Shown here: piece by piece, positions 23,540 through 36,558 of the stretch
Numbering within the stretch: the first letter of the stretch is position 1
How the letters are laid out: every line of letters begins with the position of its first letter
NCBI GenBank assembly: GCA_964016885.1
Contig: OZ024743.1
Coordinates: forward strand, 59,086,001-59,150,000
From: Eledone cirrhosa
Taxonomy: Eukaryota
Direction: 5' to 3'
DNA length: 64,000 bases
Made by a program: the position numbers and the translations under genes
Notes under the pieces: model-generated
The model's input: the letters and a program-made list of their open reading frames with translations, nothing else
What the model was told of the DNA's origin: nothing
Database searches by the model: none

Positions 23540-26500
23540 GGCCGCACATGTGTGAAGACAGTACAAATCTGCGGGGGAAAAGGTTCGTAACTTTAAGTTG
23601 TTTTAAAGTGTCTTTTTTTGTATTTTCTTGTCGTTAACGAAACTTAAGGTACATATCTTGATTTAAAGAGAGGGATACCTCTCAATATTCGGGCTCTCAG
23701 CCCGAATATTCAGATTTATTTTTAAAAATTTTGAAAAAAATCGCTTCCCCACCAAAAGAAAATTATGGAAATGTTCGACCTTGAAACGGTAAACAACGTT
23801 CAGGTCAAAAGTTTAAAGGCAGCCACTGCAGATATCACCACGACTACGACGGCTACAGTCATGCCTGTCATCCACTCTACTGAATGTGAAGGCAAAACTC
23901 AAAAGCTATCATCACAACCTTCTGCGATAGCAGCAGTATCATCTGAAAACGACATCACCACCACCGCCACCACCACCACCACCACAACAACAACTCAGAG
24001 CAATAACGACAATAACACCGACAGCTTCAATGTAAACAGGATGGCGGTGGCAACAGCAAGAATGACAACAACAACAATAAGAGCATCAAAAACACCACAT
24101 TTGCGGCAGCAAGCAGCAAAAACAAAGCGCTTATTAAATATTGATATTGATATTAGCAATAAAGACGAACAGTTGGCCAAAGCGTGGAGGCTAATGAAAC
24201 GGGAGAAGTCCTGGGAAAACCTGACCATCACGGACGAGGCAATAGCGGCCATGCAAAGGAGGACGGTGCTCTTTCGATGTATTTCGGTGCAGACACGAAA
24301 AGTGGAACTTGCGAGCCAAGCAGAGGTAGAGGCTGCTTTGGAGTACATCGGAAGTAACATAGAGTACAAAGCAAGAGGCAAACAGTTCGGTACCATCTCG
24401 GTACTGTTCAAAACCGAGGCCCTCGCTATTAAGCACTCGGTGACCCCCTGCAGAACGGAACGCATTATCATGCATCCGTCCTATATGGGTAAAAGGACAG
24501 TGAAGGTACGCATTCCCAGCATCCCACCAGGAATGAACATATGGTGGGTGCTGGGATGCGTAATCGAGGAGGGGACAGACACTGCCCTCCTAGACATCAA
24601 AAGGACATAGAGAGAGGAGTGGTCCGGAATGGATTTGGAGATTCTTCTCGAAATGAAACCGGAGGATATGAATAACATCCCGGATTTTGCCCGCCTGCAG
24701 GATGGGACAACAATCCAACTAATGATTGACGGAAGAAGGCCACGCTGCTTCGTCTGCGGGGAAGTAACGCATCTTCAAGCCTTCTGCCCTCAGCGCAAAA
24801 ATGCAGGGGGTCGCAAACCTCCTTTGTTGCCAACGCCAGTGTCAGCGCGGAAAGCTACACCACCACCACCACCAAAAACAACATCAACAAAAACACGGAC
24901 ACCAACATCAAAAGAAGCCGGTACAACACCAAAACCAATCCAAGGAGAAAACGAGGAAAGCTCTCCCACTCCCCCTACCTCCCCAATTATACACATAGAC
25001 AAAACAATAAACGCACACACAGACACAGAGACACTCACAGACACAGACCCTTTGTCTTCCAGCAGCGAAGATGAAGGAAAACCCAAAAGTGCAAAAAAAC
25101 AGAGAAAACTCACAAAAAAAAAGCCCCAACAAAACGCAAAATCACACACAACAAAAAATACAGACACCACTAACGCAAACACTTCCCCAATAACATCATC
25201 ACCAACAGCAATATCGACACCACCTCCACAATCCCCAAAACGCAAACAACCTAAACAAACACAAGTACAAATAAACATACAAATACCTGAAATTGCAGAC
25301 ACCACACCTACAACAAACATAGACATACCCGAAACAACACCACTAAAACCATCGCCACCACCTTCACCAAAACGAAAACAAATAAAACCACACCAACAAA
25401 ATGTTAAAAACTTCGTGCTTGTCAGAAGGGCCAACGATAAACTGATGGCCCTCTTAGCGCGAAGCGAGGACATTCAAACAGAGGGGCATATTTTTGAAAT
25501 GAGCACATTTTGCGTCCCAGAAGATTTGCTTCTGGTCCGAATGTCACTCAATTCCTTCAAAGAAATTCGAGAGAGCTTTCCTCAAGACGTGGGAAACCCG
25601 AATGTGAAACCCACATCAGACTTTTAAAGGGGTTCCCAAAAGAAACCCCACCAACCATGGAGGTCGAACCACCCGACCTTCACAAGATCCGGGAGGTAAG
25701 TAAACCTTCCCTCTCTCTCTCTTAGCTTACAAATATGGCCATATTAAGAGTAGGAAGTTTAAATGTTCGCGGCCTGGGGTCACCCTGGAAGCAGGGTCGC
25801 CTGCTCAACGACCTCCGGTCGCTGGAAATGGATGTGATTGCCGTAAGCGAGACCAGCATTTCCGACACGCGCGCACTTGCCCCCATTTTCGACGACTATC
25901 AGATCTTCGCATCTGTTAGCAGGCCGGGAATGGGGGGTGGGGTGGAAGTAGTGTTTAGGAAAGGACTGGATCTCGAGGTAAGGTCGATCTTCCGGGACCC
26001 GGACGGTAAGTTGGTGGTCTTGGATGTGAGCAGTAGCGAAGGTGGTGCCTTTAGACTGTTGGCCGTCTACGCCTCTACAGGGGCCGGACGACCTGACTTC
26101 TTTAGGCGCCTGGAGACCTTTCTGGGTACGTCTCGCCCTTTACTGTTAGCGGGGGACTGGAATAGCATCTTAGACGCACGCTGGGATTGTGTGGGAGTAG
26201 CCGATAAGAGCGGGGGGTGCAAAAGCCTCAAGCACCTACTCAGCCAGTTCCAACTCTCTGACCGGTATCGACTAGATTTCCCCAATTTGCCAGTATGGAC
26301 ATGAACCAACCGAATGGGGTCATCTAGATCGTATATAGACAGGATTTTCATTAGGAAAATAGATAGAAATAGTGTGGGCTGTCCACTTTTTAAAACGATC
26401 GCCTATTCATATCACAAATTTGTGATCTGTACGGTCGACCTAAATAAAACGCGTAGGTTAGGACCGGGTTACTGGAGCTGAACATGTCATTTCCGGCACG

Positions 26501-29432
26501 TAGGGCTTACAGGGACCGAGTCAACAATTTAGTTAAGCAAAAGTTGACAGGAGGGATCATCAACAACAGATTGTAGGGGGCTCTCAAAAGAGAGATTAGA
26601 GTAACTTCGATAGAGTTCAGCAAAGGACTAGCGTTAGAGAAAAATAGAAAGGAGGGGGAGCTGTAAGATAAGTTAGACGAGGCTATTTGTAGTGGCATCG
26701 CAACTGACGTGCTAGCGGTGAGAATGGCATTAGACCATTTCTTCAATGCCAAACACGAAGGTTGCATTGTCAGAGCTAAGGCGAGTGCGCTGAGAAACGA
26801 GGGTACTAAAGCTGTTCGATGGGCCCGCGTGGCGGAGGCGCATCGTGGTAATAAAACCACAATTCGGTCTTTGGCGGACCGAGACGGACACGAGATAAGC
26901 GATTCCAAGCGGATGTGTGAGGCCTTTCGCCAGAACTTTGCTCGGTTGTTCAGGGAGAGTGGCTAGTCAGAAGAGTAGCAGATTTCAGTCCCTACCTTGA
27001 CGGTTTGCCGCGCATCTCGACGGTCGACGCTGAGCGCTGCGAAAGGCCGATTACTTCAGCCGAAATTCAGGACGCCCTTTTTGGCTGCATGAGGCGCAAG
27101 TCACCGGGTTGGATGGCCTGCCCTACGAGCTTTACGTAAATATGCCAGACTTGTTCTCCGAACTCCTCGAAGCACTCTACTGCAACTGGCAGCAGAATGG
27201 GAGTATTCCCAGTTCTGTGAGCAGGGGAGTGGTGACGCTGATAAGGAAAGACGGGCAAAAGAGGGATAGATTAGACAACTTCAGGCCCATAGCTCTGCTC
27301 AACACAGAGTTTAAGATTTTGGCGAAGGTGCTAGCAAAGAGATTGGCGCTTTTCGTCGAGGATTTGGTTGGGGAGGCGCAAACTTGCGCAATCCCAGCCA
27401 GGTCCATACACGACAATCTCCACCTCATGCGATACATCATAGAGAGGGTATTGTGTAAACCTGGCTTCGGTGGGGCACTGATCAATTTAGATCAATGGAA
27501 AGCATTCAATAGGGTCGACCATCGGTACCTGGAGTTTGTCCTCAAAGCAGCTGGCTTCGGCCCTGTCTTTAGAAGCTGGATCGTTGCAATGCACAGCGGC
27601 ACACGCTCGGTGGTCAAGGTTAATGGCCACCTCTCGGAACCATTTCGGCTCTCCCGATCGGTCCGTCAAGGGTGCCCTCTCTCTTCCCTTCTGTACGTAT
27701 TGACTCTCGAGCCTTTACTGCGGAAGCTGGAGCTGTTGCAGGGCATCCCGCTCGAACCGGGACGTGGAAAGGCGGTGTCGGCTTATGCGGACGACATCAC
27801 CGTGATGGTGTCGAACACCTCAGAAATCGAGGTGGTCGGCACCTTATTGAAGGAATATGAAAGGTTGACAGGAGCCAAACTTAACCCGGAAAAGTCGGTG
27901 GGCTTGCAGCTCGGGACCTGGAGGGGCAAGCCCATGCCGTCCAACAGCGTCGTGGGGCACTGGACGGACGGACCGGTATAGTTGCTCGGGGTTTGGTTCG
28001 GACCAGACCTCCAGGTGGAAAAGAATTGGGACGAGGTAACGAGTAGAGTAGCCAGTCTCACCCAAAAATGGGCTGGGAGGAAGCTATCACTGAAAGGTAG
28101 CGCGGAGGTGGTGAATGCGTACATCGCGTCAGTCATCTACTACCGCCTAACCGTCGTGCCTTGCCCCCGTCCGCGCCTCGTCAAGTTGGAACGGCTCCTC
28201 TTCAAATTCTTGTGGAGGGGACAAGTTCCGTTGGTGAGGCGGTCCATCTACTGCCAGCACCCTCTACGCGGAGGGCTGGGCATGCCGTGGCTAATGATGC
28301 GCAGGTATGCGTTGAGGCTGCGACATCTCCAGATATTCTGCCTCAATGGTGAACAGGTGTGGTCGCCGTTTATCAGACGGGCCTTTCCGCAGCTCATTTC
28401 TTTGACTGAGCTGCAGTCCTGGGTCAAAAAGAGAACGATACTGGGTGACTGGCACCTGGAATGTTTCCAGGCAATCACTGCCCTCTACCAAGCGGGCAAT
28501 GCGATCAGTGAAACTTCCACTCTCGAGTTCTATAGAGGATTAGTGGTGAGCAAGTACGATGACGCACTCGGAGAAGCATTGGCTCTCGACGAAGTCGAAC
28601 TGACCAGTCTGTACCGGAGGAATTTTGAGCCGGGGACGATGGACAATTTCCAGAAATCCCTCGCTTGGCAGTGTTACCGGGAGGCACTGCCAGTTCGGGA
28701 TAAACTCTACAGGCACGGAAGTGCTGTCAGACGGACCTGCCCAAGATGCGCACAGAACGACGAAACCGCTGTGCACGCACTTGTCCAATGTCCGTGCATT
28801 ACTGACTTGTGGAGTTATGTCGAACAGCTACTGTCGCGTGTGGAACGAATCCGGCTATCGGCCGAGTCCATAGGGAAGATCGAGCCGCCACCTTCCTTAG
28901 GTCAGGAAGAGCAGGAAATTTTACTCTGTCTGGTGGCAGTTGCGAAAGAGATTATATGGTGAACCAGGTTGAAAGGACTAAAGACTGATACTTTTCTCTT
29001 CGGCCAATCCCTCATCAACTTCTTCAAGTTTCACCTGGAAAGGAGGGTGAGGGTGGAGAGAGAAGTGCTGCTCCCCACTACATTTGCTAAAAGGTGGGTG
29101 AATGTGGCGAGAATGGCTCGTGTGAATGGGCCTACTCTGACCATGCGCCTATAGGCTGGCTAACTTGAGGAGAGGGGTGCTCTCCTAGGTGCCCTAGAAG
29201 CGCAATGTGGTTCAGGATTGGTGGGGTACCCGAATCACCCCAGGGTCGTCCACCACCTATCGGGGAATTTATTTTGTTATATTTATGCATAGTTTATTTT
29301 ATATTTTTATATTTTCATTGTTAAATAAGTCTTGCCACTGTGCACTTTTACTCGACCTTATTGTAAACCCCCACTGTCGCTGTCTTTGTATTGTCCCCTA
29401 CATGTCGGCCCTTGTGGCTAATAAATGAAACC
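23540..29432 (+). mobile_element. Full-length Tx1 LINE, copy 2 (family A variant with different 5'UTR and ORF1 N-terminus), inactivated
   Basis: ORF1 23765-about 25703 (stop at 24608, frameshift near 25620); ORF2 25735-29154 with several stops and frameshifts; AATAAA at 29420; ATT flanks. Confidence 0.94.
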
Positions 29433-29539
29433 ATTATTATTATTATTATTTTTGTTATTGTTATTCCTTGAATCTCAGTCATTGATGTTGGTTAACTGGA
29501 AAGTCCGTTGGATTGAATATCAAGCCACTACCTGCAGCC

Positions 29540-32500
29540 TCAGATATTCAGGACGTATCGGAGGGTTCTTGCCGTTCCAAGCAAGCATGCCTTTTGAAGC
29601 GTTCCAAAAAGCGTGAAGGGGCCGATTTTCTTTAACCATCCCTGCAAACCTTTGGAGATAGTCCCTAGTGCGCCTTTGACAATCGGGATCACTTTGACTT
29701 CATGGCAGTTCCAAATCCTTTTTAACTCCCACTTTAAGTCCTGGTATCGGTTAATTTTCTCCCTCTCCTTCTCTTGCACTCTCGTGTCGAATGGGCAGGC
29801 CACATCCACAATCAGGCACGATCTTTTTTCTTTGTCCACAACCACCAGGTCAGGTCTATTGTGTTCCAGTTTTTTGTCCGTCTGTATCCTAAAATCCCAC
29901 AGCACCTTCACCTGACTGTTCTCCATCACCGCCTCTGGCCTATGCTCATACCATTTCTCAGAATGTGGTAGATTGTTTACTTTGCACAGGTGCCAGTGGA
30001 TCACCCTGCCCATCACATCGTGTCTCCAGCCCTTATAGTGGGTCTGGGCTAGGTGTTTACACTCGGACACAATGTGAGCCACAGTCTCCTCTCTCTCTCC
30101 ACAGATCCTGCACAGTGGGCTAGCCTCCTCCTTGTAGATATGGTGCTTCAACCACTTCGTTTTGAGGGCCTGCTCCTGCGCAGCCATTAGCATTCCTTCT
30201 GTAGCCTTTTTGAGGTCTCCTCTACTCAACCAGTTCCATGTCTGTGGATCTCTAAATTCAGTTTTCTCAAAGAAGGTACTATGAAGGGGTTTTCCCTTAA
30301 GGCTGCTCTTCCTCCTTGATATTATTTCCTCCTTGGATATCCCCTGGCCTACTGTCCCCTCCTTCAGTACAGCTCTGAGCATTGGCTCCTTACTATAGGT
30401 CACGTATTTGTATAGGTTGTTTTTCTCCATCTGAACACAGTCCTCTATGCTGATAAGACCTCTTCCACCCTCAGATCTCCTTAGGTAGAGTCTATCGACA
30501 TCACTCCTCTTGTGGAACATGTTGTAGATAGTCAATAGCTTCCTAGTCTTCCTATCCATTTCTTTTTGTTCAGCAACATTCCATCTCAGAATTCCCGCAC
30601 TGTACCTAATAATAGACACAGCTCGGGAATTTACTGCGCTTATGGCATTTCTGCTGTTCAGATGTGACTTCAATACGCTCCTTACTCTCCGAATGTATTC
30701 AGTTCTTAACAATTCCTTCATTTTTTTGTTCTTTATGCCATCAGCCTCCAGAACGCCCAAATACTTGTATCCTTCCTCAGAGTCAATTTCCTTTATCATC
30801 TCACCTGTTGGTATCTGGATCCCGTTACTTCTGCTCAACCTACCCTCCTCATCACAATCACTCCACATTTACCAATACCAAACTGCATACATATATCACT
30901 GCTGAAAATACGGACAGTGTCAACAAGCACATCCAACTCCTTCTCACTTTTCCCGAAGAGCTTAAGATCGTCCATGAAGAGGAGGTGATTGATGGTAAGC
31001 TCTCCCCTTCCCAACTTGTATCCTGCCCTCACTTTTCGCAGCATAATGGTCAAGGGCATCAGGGCAAGGACAAACAACAGAGGGGACAGGCTATCTCCCT
31101 GGAAGATACCTCTCTTGATCTTCACGCTTCCCAAGGATACTCCAGATGATGTCAACTCTGTCTCCCAGGACCCCATACTCCTGCCCAGCAACTGTCTGAT
31201 GTTATCTGCCACCCTGAAGATCTCCAGGCTTTTGGTGATCCAGGAATGAGGCACCATGTCAAATGCCTTTCTGTAGTCTATCCATCCCATGGCAAGATCA
31301 GTGTGTCTCCTCCTGCAATTCCCCATTACCATCTTATCAATAAGCAACTGGTCCTTTGTACCACGTGACTTCTTTCGGCATCCTTTCTGTTCGTCCGGCA
31401 ACAAGTTGTTTGTGTGGAGGTGATGGTAGATTTCCTCAGACACAATGCTCGTCAACTGTTTCCACATTACGGGCAGACATGTGATAGGTCTATAGTTGGT
31501 AACATCATTACCCTTGATTCGGTCTTTCATTATCAGAACTGTGGTACCTTTTGTCAACCACTCTGGCACCTCACCCGACACCAAGCAGTCATTGAACATA
31601 GCCGTCAGCTTCGGGTGGAGGGATGTTAAATGTTTAATCTAATACCCCTGCACACCATCTGGGCCTGGTGATTTCCAGTTGGTTAGTTTTTTGGCTTGCC
31701 CCTTAAGAGTTTCAACTGTGATACTCAAATCAGTCTGTTGCTGTGCCTGCTCACCGATCTCCCTCTGTACTGTCTCAATCCACCCTGCCTGGGCATTGTG
31801 TCTAACATCCTGCTCCCATATTCCTCTCCAGAATGTTTTAGCTTGTTCCGCCCCAGGGATCAAGTCGTTGTCTCTTTCTTTCCCCTCAAGCTGTCCAAAC
31901 AGCATCTTCTGGTTGTTGTCGAACATGCGGTTCTGTTTATACTGACTGACTCTGTTCTCGTATCGCCTGATTTTGGCACTCTTTGCTACAATGCGTTGCT
32001 TCAATTCCTCTATGATAATATTTAGCTTTTTACTCCTAGTTTTGTATTTTATTTCCAGTCTATTTTTAGTGCCTATGTTTTTTAGTGTCCCATTCAGTAG
32101 TGACTCAAGCTTTCCTATGTCATTTCTCATTTCCTCGATTTGCCCACTCAGTCGCTTCTTCCACCACGGCTCTGCTCTTTCTTGTCTGTTGTTTCCTCTC
32201 GCTTTTATACCAAGTAGTTTCCTCACCGTATTTGCTGTTGCTTTGAGGATATTGTTGCACTGGTGAAGACTCCTCGCCTCAAGGTATGGGATGACTTTGT
32301 TTACCTTAGCTGTTGTTTCTTTTAACTTTTTCCTGTCTACAAATCTTAGGTTCATAGGTCTCCCACTATCATTGTTCAACTCATCTACCACTAAATTTAG
32401 GATGTCAACCGAATCTTGTCCTAGCCCGTCAGCATTCATCTCCTCAGTGGCCGTATCTCTGTTCCAGGTATTATTTATCTCAGTATTCAGATCATTGTCT

Positions 32501-32931
32501 GCTTCGGGTGGTTCCTCCGTTCTCAGGACCTCCTCACCTTCATTTCCCGCCGGCTCGCTTGTCTGGCATACTACACCCGCCATCTCCAAGCCATTCTCTC
32601 TGCTCAGTTCCTCCAGTTCCAGCTCGCTTATCCACCCATTAGTTCTTATTACCCGAGCCTGCCCGGCCAATTTTTGTTCATCTAATTTAAATAAACCAAT
32701 CTCGTTCCAGATGTTATGCATCCGTCTCCTGTAGCCCCTCTCCTTGGGGTTACTTTTCAGGTAGCATTGCATAACAGTTCTATTCAATTCTTTCGTCCAG
32801 TTGGTTCTGGCCCCGTTCCTTCTTCTTCTTCCTCCAACATCAGCAGTATTTGGTTGACAGTCAGGTTCCTGCTGCTGAGCCAGGGGGCACCTGTTGGGTG
32901 AGAGTCTGTCACATGACGTTCTAGTCTCCAT
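29540..32931 (-). pseudogene. R4/Dong ORF: N-terminal W-containing (Myb-like) region, RT, CCHC, PD-(D/E)xK endonuclease; stop at 31639-31641 and frameshift near 30850
   Basis: NWTKELN..VMQCY, PWWKKRL, WKSPGPDGVQG, YRPITCLP, IDYRKAFD, QGDSLSP, FMDD, CRIC..H...C, RHD, RPD..D. Confidence 0.92.
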
Positions 32932-33433
32932 TTCACCGTTATTCGAACTGTTTATGTTCGATATTTAAACACTCTTATCGAGGATTGGCGAATGTATGTT
33001 TACATAGCCATCTGTGGATCCGCCATCCCACTTGGCGCTTGTGTGGCATTATCACCACGCTGTATACGGACACACATAAACAAACAAACACACGGGCAGA
33101 AAGGGCCCCAAAAATGAATAAGCATAAGTTTCATTGTAATGTAGTATTCGAATGTCTGACTTAGTTTTTGTTTTTTAAGTTTTACTTTTTCCCCCCTCTT
33201 CTCTGTCCGTCCGCCTGCTTCTCTCTTCATTCTTATTTTCTTTACGTTTTTGGGGTTTCTTTTTTTTTGTTTTTGTTTTTCTCTGTTTGTTTTTCTCGTT
33301 TTTTGCTGTTGTTGCTGTGCTGCTTTTGTTGTTTGTTTTTTCTTTTTTCTTTTGAGTCTATCTATATATTTTGATGCCTTCCTCTTTGTTAGTAGTAGGA
33401 ATTCTATAATGTGGAAGTGGCAGCCAACAGAGA

Positions 33434-33540
33434 CTGGCGGCGTTGGCGATACTGAGACAGTGGTGGTGGTGATGTCGATACCGAGGCTGGCGGCGTTGGC
33501 GATACTGAGACAGTGGTGGTGGTGATGTCGATACCGAGGC
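33434..33540. repeat. Two tandem copies of a GC-rich unit of about 53 bp in the Dong-B 5'UTR
   Basis: ctggcggcgttggcgatactgagacagtggtggtggtgatgtcgataccgagg repeated twice. Confidence 0.9.
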
Positions 33541-33560
33541 AGTGGTGGCGGTGATGCGAC

Positions 33561-34200
33561 CGTATTACTGTAGTGATGGTGCTGTAGCGGTGGCAGCAGC
33601 AGTGAAGGAGTCAAGGGGTGGTGGCGGCGGTGATGGGATAGTGGTGGTAATGATGGCCGTAGTGAGCGGTGGCGGTGAAGGTGAAAATGCTGTTGTGTTT
33701 AGTGTACACAGATGATGGGGTGGGTGGTGTATCTAGTTTCTGGTGTTGGTGAGTTTCGCTGTCCTATATAGTGTAGCCAGAGGAGAGGAGGGGGGGGGGG
33801 TTCTTCTTCTTCCATTTATAGCCATTTTATTTTTTTTGGATATACAGTGTACAATACAAAGTTGAATATTTGAATATTTGAGCCGTATTACTGTAGTGAT
33901 GGTGCTGTAGCGGTGGCAGCAGCAGTGAAGGAGTCAAGGGGTGGTGGCGGCGGTGATGGGATAGTGGTGGTAATGATGGCCGTAGTGAGCGGTGGCGGTG
34001 AAGGTGAAAATGCTGTTGTGTTTAGTGTACACAGATGATGGGGTGGGTGGTGTATCTAGTTTCTGGTGTTGGTGAGTTTAGCTGTCCTATATAGTGTAGC
34101 CAGAGGAGAGGAGGGGGGGGGGTTCTTCTTCTTCCATTTATAGCCATTTTTTTTGGATATACAGTGTACAATACAAAGTTGAATATTTGAATATTTGAGC
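33561..34200. repeat. Near-perfect tandem duplication of about 320 bp in the Dong-B 5'UTR
   Basis: cgtattactgtagtgatgg...gaatatttgagc at 33561-33883 and 33884-34200; the units differ mainly in homopolymer lengths. Confidence 0.95.
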
Positions 34201-34386
34201 CTTATAACAATATATTTTGGGTCCGAATTATTTTGGGGCTCAAGCCGGGTGCTTTACGTAGCATTTGTACTAAGAGTTGTTATTTCACAAATGATTTAAA
34301 TATGTTAAAAATTCAAAACTTACGGGAGCGATTTCATGACCTCCGTCACCTCGTGCGTCTTCTTCCCTTATTCCATTATTATTATT

Positions 34387-36508
34387 TGCATTTGCATTTA
34401 TCTTGCTTTATGTTTATACGAGTTATCACCAAGTCACAACCAGTGACCTCAAGAGACAACAAGGTCCGCCATGTTCAAGAAAGAACACACATATTCACAC
34501 ATGCATCCTTAGTGTTTAGACTTGTGATGTACTTATATTGACAGGATCTTCCTTAGTATATGGGCAGTTCCCATTAGTACTATCTTTTGTATTTCTCCTA
34601 TACGCGGGTTTCCTGGGATTTGCGATAAGTAGTCGTTAGACCCCTTAGGTATCATTCCCAGAGCGCCTACAACCACTGGTATTGTTTTAGTTCTCAATTT
34701 CCACATTTTTCCAATTTCTATCTCCAGGTCCTTATACTTGCTCAATTTTTCAAATGTTTTTATAGATACATTCTTGTCTATTGGAACAGACATATCAATT
34801 AGCAGGCATACCCTCCTTTGAAAGTCCTTCAATATTATATCAGGTCTATTTGCATCTATTTTTCGGTCTGTTTGGATGCTAAAGTTCCACAAGATTGAGA
34901 TGTGATCTTTTTCAAGTATGGGAGGTGGTTGATGCTCCCACCAATTCTTTTGATGGGGCAGGTCAAAATGCTTGCACATTATCCAATGTATGTATTGTGC
35001 AGCTCTGTCATGCCTGTTTAGGTATTCGGTTGGAGCTATAGGACTGCACATTGAAATTATATGGTCAATGGTCTCTGGTTGTTTTTTGCATACACGGCAT
35101 AATGGGCTGCACCCATTTTTTATTATGTTGGCTTGGTAATTTTTTGTTGGCAGACACTGATCTTGTGCGGATATAATCAGTCCTTCAGTCTCCGATTTCA
35201 GTCCAGAGGATGCCAACCACTGATGGGTTAAAGTTTTGTCAACATCAGGATTGTTAGCTCGCTCTGGGTATTTTCCATACAGAGGCTTTTCTTGCCATTT
35301 CTTAGCCAGTTTCTGTAGCAGTTCTTTCTTTGCAGTTACTTTTACCTGCTTTGCTTTTTCTGTGTTTTCCATTTCAGCAGTAAATGGGACTTCTGAAATT
35401 TGTAGTCCATTACTGTATCTTTGTGCATCTTTTGTAATGGAATATGATCTTTTGGTGCTTTCGTGTTTCAAAACGAGTTTGATCATCCAATCATGTGATT
35501 CCCTTAGATATGTGGATAATCCAATTGTTGCAGTTTTCAACGCAATGTCTAACTGGATTAACCCACGTCCTCCTTCTTTCCTAGGGAGATATATTCTATC
35601 TATGTCTGCCTTAGGGTGATGCATTCTGTGCATGGTTAAGAATTTTCGAATTTTTGTATCGAGCCTACGGATCTCTGTGCTTGACCAGTTGATGACATTG
35701 TAACTGTAGGTTACTACTGGTATGGCAAGCGTGTTTATGGCATCGATCCTATTCCTTGCATTCAATTCCGTTCTTAAGATTGCTCTGACTCTGCGGTAAC
35801 ATTCCTTCCTTATCCTTTCCCTCATTGTCGAGTGCTTGATTCCGTCTCCTTCACAAACACCTAGATATTTGTAAGTTTGTTCTTGATCAAGCTCTCTTAT
35901 CACGTTCCCCCGATCAAGATTAATGTCTGAACTCTTCAGCAGCTTTCCTCTGGTGAACGTTGCTTTGGCGCATTTATCCAGTCCAAACTCCATTTTAATG
36001 TCATCACTGAACTGCTTCACAGTGGATAATAGCCCTTGCAATTGTTCATCATTTTTTGCAAATAGTTTCAGGTCATCCATGTAGAACAGGTGATTAATGG
36101 TTTTGTCATAGACTCTATATCCATGTTTTGTTTCATTGAGCATTTTACTTAATGGTATAAGTGCGATGCAGAATAAAAGCGGTGATAAAGAGTCACCCTG
36201 AAAAATTCCACAATTAATGTTAACTTCTCCAGCTTCCAGTGATTTTGTTTCACTATTCAAAAGGAGTGTCGTTCTCCATGTCCTCATACTGAATGACAAA
36301 AACCTCCTGATAACGGGGGATATTTTGAAAATCTCTAAACATTTTTCAATCCAACTGTGTGGCAAACTATCAAATGCTTTTTTATAATCTATCCAAGCAA
36401 TCGATAGATTTTTGTGTCTATTATGACAATCTTCCAGTATCATTTTGTTAACCAGAAGCTGATCCTTACAGCCATATGAGCCTCGTTTACACCCTTTCTG
36501 CTCAATGG

Positions 36509-36510
<2 letters not shown>
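34387..36510 (-). mobile_element. R4/Dong family C, 5'-truncated, with uninterrupted 636-aa RT-CCHC-RLE frame (34533-36443)
   Basis: [25 protein letters not shown] and RPD..D are all intact; clean (ATT)16 at the 5' junction suggests a recent insertion. Confidence 0.95.

Positions 36511-36558
<48 letters not shown>

Larger units (their letters stand above)
29464..34374 (-). mobile_element. Full-length R4/Dong family B element with about 1.4-kb 5'UTR
   Basis: A single RT-CCHC-RLE ORF broken into three pieces; TAA repeats at both ends; the 5' end starts with G after (TAA)n. Confidence 0.9.

Noticed and set aside
33000-33614. 204-aa minus-strand ORF as a Dong ORF1
   Set aside because: Low-complexity translation of UTR repeats with no ATG near its start and no domain; R4-clade elements have a single ORF.
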